Shown: positions 56,501-64,000 of the stretch, in pieces
How the letters are laid out: each line of letters starts with the position of its first letter
Numbering within the stretch: the first letter of the stretch is position 1
NCBI GenBank assembly: GCA_951406725.2
Contig: OX597815.1
Location: 70,804,001-70,868,000, forward strand
Length of the DNA stretch: 64,000 nucleotides
Direction: 5' to 3'
DNA from: Octopus vulgaris
Lineage: Eukaryota
Made by a program: the position numbers and the translations under genes
The notes under the pieces: generated by a model
Seen by the model: only the letters and a program-made list of their open reading frames with translations
What the model was told of the DNA's origin: nothing
Database searches by the model: none

Positions 56501-56714
56501 TGTCATATGTCATCAACAAAAGAGATCGCCATTTCTCTCCTTCAATGTTTTCTTACTGGAATTTCTTTCTTAGCACACATCTTTCCAGCCAGTTGCCGAC
56601 TTGCAATAGTTTTAAACAGAATGCAAACAGCATCCCAATCGGTTTTAGAAAATCTGTGACGGTTTTAGAAAATCTATGACGGTATAACCTGTATCTACAC
56701 ATATTCATAAATAA

Positions 56715-56965
56715 ACATAATAAATGCGCCCTTTTAAAGCCTAGCCAGGCTCATGGGCCCGGTTTCAATGGCGTATGTGTTCCCCAGCTGGACGGGACAC
56801 CAGTCCATCGCAGCATTACTCATTTTTGCCAGCTGAATGGACTGGAGCAATGTGAAATGAAGGGTTTTTGCTCAAGAACACAACGCATCGCCCGGTCCAG
56901 GAATCGAAACCACAATCTTACGATCATGATGCTGACACCCTAACCACTAAGCCACGCGCCTCCAC
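56715..56965 (-). mobile_element. Full-length SINE family A
   Basis: Minus-strand head GGAGGCGCGTGGCTTAGTGGTTAGGGTG; B box GTTTCGATTCC. Confidence 0.9.
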
Positions 56966-57290
56966 ACACATATTCATACTATATGTATATTCTATTCTTT
57001 CTTTTTTGAAATTTTACATACGCAAATACATACATACAGACACACATGCGACGGGCTTTCATCCGTTCTCTAATTGCTAAATTCATCGACAAAGCATTAG
57101 TCGGCCTGGAAAAATTGTACACGACACTTGTCCAAAGGGATACGCACTGGGACTGAACAGGAAATTAAGTGGTTGCAAAACGAACTTCTCGGACCATACA
57201 ACCATGCCTGTGACTATGTATGTATACAGATATATACATACTTAACATGGCTACACATATACCTATATAAACACGCCATATGTACACGTA

Positions 57291-57331
<41 letters not shown>

Positions 57332-57517
57332 CACACATGTCCACCCACTTTCATCGACGGTTCTCAAAATATGTCTTATAAAGGAGTAATGGTTCTCCGA
57401 GGCAATGTTGACTGTCCAATGAAAACCTTAGCTTCATCTTTATAGTAACTGAACCATTGTTAGCAATGTGGTCAGTTACTGAACGTACGGAAAATATCAC
57501 TGGGAATCTGTGTAGAC

Positions 57518-58174
57518 CAGAGGTCGACAAAGTGGGTAATATTGAACCCTGCAGGTCTATGTGGGTATCCAAGCGTCCATAAACATCTGAAATGATTTTG
57601 AACATTTGAATGCTGACTTATTAGCAAATTGAATCTGGAAGAGTGTAGGTAATTTAAATCCCAAACTCATTAGTTTACAGCCAAATATCGAATCAAAAGT
57701 AGCACGCACCAAACACCTTTATCATATTAAATATTTTGGCTATATTAATTTAACATCACTGAATTTTTATTGTTCTTTATCAATTTTGTTAAATATTTTC
57801 ATAACATTTAAAAAAATATTTTTTATTAAAAAAAGCGGTAATGACTCAAAAGACGAAATCATTATTTTTAAATCAAATTTTTTAAAATAAAAAATGTGCA
57901 ATCCACAAGCGGATAGTTAGTATAAGGGAGATACTAAATTTTCTTCATTTTTGGTGGGATTAAAATTTTGAATTTGAAATTAAGGAATAAGGAAACAGAT
58001 GTACAAAATATAATATTCAAATTGTTTTTTTGTTGCTTGCTTACTACGGAAGTCTTAACATTTTTAATCTTAGATAATCATATTTAAATTTCATTTTAGA
58101 AATTTACATGATGGTGGTCGATAAGTTATCAATGATTCCATGAAGGGGCCAATGGAATAGGTTTACCGACCTTG
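57518..58174. mobile_element. Degenerate hAT-type MITE
   Basis: Imperfect TIRs CAGAGGTCGACAAA / TTTACCGACCTTG; flanks GTGTAGAC / GTTAAGAC (6 of 8 match). Confidence 0.5.
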
Positions 58175-58397
58175 GTTAAGACCCTGATCTCTTAGTTCAC
58201 GTATTACACGATGTCTCCACTGCAAATTTTTGTCAGGTTAACATACATCCATAGCCAGTTGCAATAGACGCTGAATCGAAAATAATATCTTGAAATCTTA
58301 TATATTCTATAAATTGCTTCTTTAATTAGATTTTTTCTCGATCATTTCTCTCCAGAAATGTATCTTTCTAGAATTCCTTCCTGCATGTGAATAAATA

Positions 58398-58531
<134 letters not shown>

Positions 58532-58958
58532 ACAAGTTATTTATCTACTTAACTACCGATCAGTCTCTGCTTCTCTCTCTCTTTCTACCTACCTACAACC
58601 TACCTACCACCTAACTACCACCTACCTACCTACCTACCTACCTACCTACCTACCTACCTACCTACCTACCTACCTACCTACCTATCTACCTACCTGCCTA
58701 TTTACTAATCCTACTTACCTACCTATCCACCTACCAGCCTGCCTGCCTGCCTGTCTGTCTGCCTGTCCGCCTGCCTGTCTGTCTGCCTATCTGTCTGCCT
58801 ATCTATCTGTCTATTTGCGCCCGTTTGTCTCTTTCTTTCTTTCGATCTCTTTCTCTCACTCTCTCTCTAAATATCTATCTGTCTGTCTCTGATTGCATCT
58901 GTCTTTCTCCCTTTTCCGTCTCTTTCTCTCCATTTATGTGTCTGTCTGGCTCTCTGTC

Positions 58959-59054
<96 letters not shown>

Positions 59055-59529
59055 TGTATCTATATTTATATATATATATTTGTTTTTAACCATCTCGACA
59101 TTGATGCTGATAACTATTATTTTTGATTGATTTTAAGATACCTAACTGAAAGCTCATCCTAACACACCACTGTATGTTTTGTAGTATTTTTCCCAACTCT
59201 CAGCACCTTGAGTTCAATTTCCGAAGTCAGCTTTGCCTTTTATCCTTTCGATATCGATAAATAAAGTACCAATCCAAGCGCTGAATTGGCGGAACTGTAA
59301 GAGCATCGGATCAGACACCTTGTGGGATTTGTTCAGAGTCTTTGCTTTCTGAGATCAAACCATGTCATTCCTTTTGTGCAAACATTGGGCCAAGTTTGAT
59401 GTTTAAAGACACCTTCCTCCTCTCTTCCCCATTAGTCTCGAAGGCCCTGTGAGGGTTCATGGGCATTGTCTTCCTCTCTAACTAATAGATACAAAAATAA
59501 AACCATAAACAGTTGATGACAGTTGATGC

Positions 59530-61295
59530 AGGCGGAAGCATGACTGTGCAATTAAGAACGCCGCTTTGCAGGTACTTATTTTCGGATTCATTCCCACTGC
59601 ACGATATCTTGGGCACATGTCCTCTACTCTAACTTCGGGTTGACCAATATTTTGTGAATGAGTTTCGTAGACGGAAACTGTGTGGAAACCTGTTGTATAT
59701 ATGTGTGTGCGCGGGTGTACGTGTGTTTGTGTCTATGTCTGTCTTTTCCCACCGTTTGACAAGGTGTTTGTTTGTGTAGGTCCCCGTAAATTAGTGATCC
59801 AGCAAAAGAGTTGGATAGAATAAGGTCCAAACTTAGCCTAAGTCGTCGGATCGTTTCATTCAACTAAAAGCCTCAGCGTTGCCACATTCAAATGATTGAA
59901 ACGAGTAGAAGTTAAAAGATGATACGTCATCTAGAAGGGTAATGTCAACTGCGGGGTCCTCAGTGGGAAGCATGAATAATTTTGGCATCAGAGAGCATTG
60001 GAAAGTATGAAAGAGCAAGTATCGAGATATATTCCGAAACATTTCTGTGTAAAACGTTATCCAGTACGATAGAATAACCAAGGCTTTAGTATATTTCCTT
60101 GAAAGACACTTGTTCTTTCGGAGATATTTGTACTATATCGGCAGGCTGCCCGCCACGCAGGTATTGCTTGATGGCTGTCTGACTGCTATCAAATAATATT
60201 TGCTTCAAATTTTGGCACAAGGCCAGTAATTTCGGGGGAGAGAGAAGGGGGGGGGGAGTCGATTAAATGACCCCAGTGTTCAGCTGGTACTTATTTAATC
60301 GACCTTGAAAAGATGGAAGGCGAAGTCGACTTCGATGGAATTCGAACTTAGAACTTAAAACGGGCGAAATGCCGCTAAGCATTATTCCCGGCATGCTAAC
60401 GGTTCTGCCAATTTGCTGCCATCAAATAATATCAACGTTTATAGTCAATGTGGTTCACCAGTATCCAACGACATCTTTTATCTTTCACTTGTTTCAGTCT
60501 TCGATTGCGGTCATGCTGGGGCACCGCCTCAAATGGAATAGTCGAACAAATCAACCCCCAGTATTTATTTTTTTAAAGTCTGGCACTAATTCGAATGTTA
60601 ACTTTTACCAGACCTCTAAGTTACGGGGCATCAACACACCAACACCGGTTGTCAAGCGATGACTGCGGAATTACAAACCTAGACACAAAGACACGCAAAC
60701 ACATACATACTCTTACACACACACATATATACACCACAAACTTCCACACAGTTTCCATCTACCAGCTTCGCTCACAAAGCATTAGTTCACCCATGGCTAC
60801 AGTAGAAGGTACTTGCGCAGTGGGACTGAACCGGAAACTATGTGCTTGTAAACGAGCTTCTTAACCACACAGCCTTACTTGTGCCTATGTCTGCGTTCAT
60901 GAAGGCAATTTATATAAGGTAGCTAATGATACATACGTACGATCACTAAGCAGTGGGATCACACAAACATACAGGAAGGTGGTCCTTCAAAACTTTAATA
61001 ATATTAACCATGAAGCCAAAGTGTTTGACTAACATTGGGGATAGGCTAGAGACTCTGGCAAAAAAGAATCCTTACAACGATCAAAGATCATAGTCTTAGG
61101 ACTCACTGCACCTGTTAATCCTTTCCCAGAACGCCAGTTCGTCGCAGGGTTACCCATTTACAGCTGAGTGAGCCGGAGGAACGTGGAATGGTGTGTTTAA
61201 ACATAAAAACACAATGCCTTCCCAATAGGGGAATAGAAACCATTATCTTGTGATTGGGAGTGTAACACCCCTAACCATGAGGCTACGTGCCTTCA
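59530..61295. mobile_element. Cluster of SINEs: C (+) 59530-59920, B (-) 60195-60420, C (-) 60470-60890, A (-) 61120-61295
   Basis: Each matches the family motifs described above. Confidence 0.75.
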
Positions 61296-61329
61296 CAAAA
61301 TGTCATCTGATAACGTTGCCAATATATCT

Positions 61330-61620
61330 TATACTGGCATTGAAGACTTTTGAAGAAGTTTGGTAGCGACACAGAGTAGCACATCAAAACATACTAGTCG
61401 TTGGTGTCTAAAATCTGTTGAAGACCTACAAAATGCCAATCGCATTTGGCACTTCTAAATTCTTGATTATGTTCAGCACATCCTTTGAAATTTCTCAAGA
61501 CTGCGAGAAGATAGGTGGAGCGATGGTGGAGGTGGTGGTGGTGTTGTAGAGTTAGTTGATGTTGATGTCTTTCTGCAATTCCTCGACTGGCATGAAAGAG
61601 TGAAACTGATAACTTTTCTT
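61330..61620 (-). pseudogene. Very degenerate RTE-like RT fragment
   Basis: EHNQEFRSAKCDWHFVGLQQILD resembles EEQAGFRxxRSCxDxIFxLRQILE; followed by FSKVFN. Confidence 0.4.
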
Positions 61621-61653
61621 GTAGACATATACCAGGTTCTAAGTTACCGGGCG

Positions 61654-61719
<66 letters not shown>

Positions 61720-61922
61720 TGCGTACATGCACACACATGCACATACACAATCGTACAATACATAACCACGTGCACAGAACGCGTAGAGATCAATTAATCA
61801 ATTAATTAGTATATATTGTACATACATGCACAAACGCATGTGTGTGTATACATCTGCGCGCGCAGACACATACATACACACACATATATACATACGTCTC
61901 TCTCTCTCTCTATATATATATA

Positions 61923-62834
61923 TAGGGTATTTCCATAAATAATGCTGTATTTTCAAGTTCATGAACTAAAATTCGGAGGGTGCGGGATAAACTACCTGCA
62001 TCAACTTGCTATAAAAGCAGATAGTAATTTTACTTTGTCCTTATTCTTAGTGCAAGTTTCGAAGAGTGCAGTTCGATTTTAACAGTTATTTTTTCAAAGC
62101 TTTAATGGAAGTGGCAAAGGAGCATGTTCAGCATATTTTGCTTTATGAGTTCAAAAAAGGCAACAACGTAACGGAAAGTGCGAAGAATATTAATGCAGTA
62201 TATGGAGATCGAAAAATAAGCGTTAGCCAGTGTCAACGGTTGTTCCAGAAATTCCGAGCCGGAAAATATAGCGTAGAAGATGAGCCTCGTCCCGGAAGAT
62301 CTGTAGGGCTCAACGAGAACGTTCTGCAAATCTTGGTGGAACAAAATTCCATCATAACTGTTGAGGAAGTAGCAGAGAAGCTTGGATATGGTCATTAAAC
62401 AAGTCATTCAAGTCAGCACTAGAAGAAAAATGACTATCTTTGATTTCAAGGCGAAAGGCGTTTTTTCATCAGGATAATGCTCGGCCACATACAGTGAGGA
62501 TGACATTCCAAAGGCTGGAGCAGTTTGAATGGGAAACGATGCCCCACCCACCATATTCGCCGGATATTGTCCCATCTGATTATCATTTATTTCGCAGTTT
62601 TCAAAATAATTTGGACAGAAAATATATGAATTTTGTAGACGAGGTCAGAATAGTACTGGAAGAGTATTTTTCGTCACGACAAGTGAATTTTGGAAGAGGG
62701 GCTTTGCAAGTCTACCAGATAGATGGAAGAGTATTGTAGAGAATGAAGGAGAGTATATTTTAGATTAAAAAGAACTTTATCTTGACTTTGAAAAATAAAA
62801 GTATAAAAACCGCATTATTTATGGAACGACCCAA
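61923..62834 (+). mobile_element. Mariner (DD34D) transposon, internally deleted
   Basis: TIRs GGGT..TTCCATAAATAATGC with TA flanks; MEVAKEHVQHILLYEFKKG..EDEPRPGR; HQDNARPH with 34 aa to the D of YSPDIVPSDYHLF; first catalytic D region missing. Confidence 0.93.
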
Positions 62835-62844
62835 TATATATAAA

Positions 62845-63301
62845 ATTAAATTAGGCAACGGTTTAGCAATGTATCACCAAAAAGGAAAACTATAATATGA
62901 CTGAGGGTATTAGAACACCTACAATGCTAGAAATAGGAGCTAAAGTGCTTTGATGCTGCAGTCAATGCACACAATTGTATACATACAGACTGACAGCGAC
63001 TATAAACGGCCGAAAATAGCAGTCGTGATGTCCCTATACCATCGACAGTTTCGGCTTTAACAACGGGAACCTCTTCAGTAGGGTCGGCACAACTCGCCAG
63101 ATTCCGGACAAGATTGCCACCGGTATATATGTCTACATCAAAGAAATTTATGCATGATTTAGCGAATCGCTAATGTATATACAAATTATTAAATTAGGCA
63201 ACGGTTTAGCAATGTGTTACCAAAAAGGAAAACTATAACTGTCATTAAATATGACTAAAAGTATTAGAACCCCTACAATGCTAGAAATAAGAGCTAAAGT
63301 G
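62845..63301 (-). mobile_element. Direct-repeat-bounded non-coding element with a hammerhead core at 63038-63084
   Basis: 62845-62947 repeated at 63188-63301 (period about 343 bp); minus strand CTGAAGA-GGTT..AGCC-GAAAC-T-GTC; TA tracts at both ends. Confidence 0.65.
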
Positions 63302-64000
63302 ATATATATATATATATATATATGTAAATGCCGACCGATGAGGATGGGTTCTCAACATTGCATAGGTGGATAGAATTTCTTTATTTGTGTATTAAGACTA
63401 CAATTGGTTTCATGTTCAGAGAAAATTTCTTAATATCTTAACAAATTTTCATGTGATTTGTATTGTACAGCTTTCAAGCCGATTTGTATTGCTAGCTTGT
63501 ATTGTACAGTTTAGGGAGAATTCAGCTCGTCAGTTTGTTATGATATTCCTCTGACATCATGGGACAAATTGTAAACAAAATTGCTGCATATTTAACTAGG
63601 TCTGTGCAAGGGTCAGTGAGGAACTGACATTGCCCCTAGTGTTGAAGCTCCAACCTTCACCTCTTTTCACCTACTATTAAAATCAGTTTGATAAAAAATT
63701 TTCCTAGGGAGCTTACATTCCCTTTCATAAAAACAGCTGTGTAGATTTGCCGAACTTGCAATTCCCCCACTCATTTGAATAACACTTTCAAACTGTGTTC
63801 TCTCACTTCTTTTTTTTTCAGCACTGCACCACAGCATACAATCTGTTACATAATCGGGTCCTCAGTAACTGAAACGTCACTTTTCATGGTTAGCCTGGTG
63901 AGAAGAGATACTAGAAACCTCACAGAACAAAGGAAGAGACGAGTCAACAGAAGGGCCAACGATTATCTTGCAATGGCGTGGGTCGCAGAAATTCTGTGTT

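Noticed and set aside
63325-64000. Hammerhead-like CCGATGAG and possible retroelement coding remnant
   Set aside because: GAAA half missing and no recognisable protein motif

Overview
AT-rich, microsatellite-dense eukaryotic DNA with no recognisable host protein-coding exon. The SINE families, microsatellite load and transposon mix suggest an octopus/cephalopod intergenic or intronic region (inference). Most entries in the ORF track are artefacts of (TA)n, (TG)n, (ATCT)n and (AAT)n tracts. The window is a graveyard of mobile elements. Retroelements include a near full-length R4/Dong-type LINE beside (AAT)n tracts, RTE, CR1/Jockey-like and Penelope-like RT fragments, and at least three tRNA-type SINE families. 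DNA elements include a Buster-type hAT with a perfect 8-bp TSD nested inside a DD37D maT element, a Chapaev3-like element, two other hAT remnants, a DD34D mariner, several MITEs and probable non-autonomous Helitrons. The most interesting signal is a set of short non-coding elements, apparently unrelated in sequence and embedded in (TA)n tracts, that carry type I hammerhead ribozyme cores. One core is fully canonical (34653-34695, minus strand). One is a compensatory U3-A8 variant present on both strands of a fold-back (30851-31043). The rest are degenerate. These look like Penelope-like pLTR or retrozyme-type remnants arranged as inverted or tandem repeats. All calls were made by eye, with no database search.
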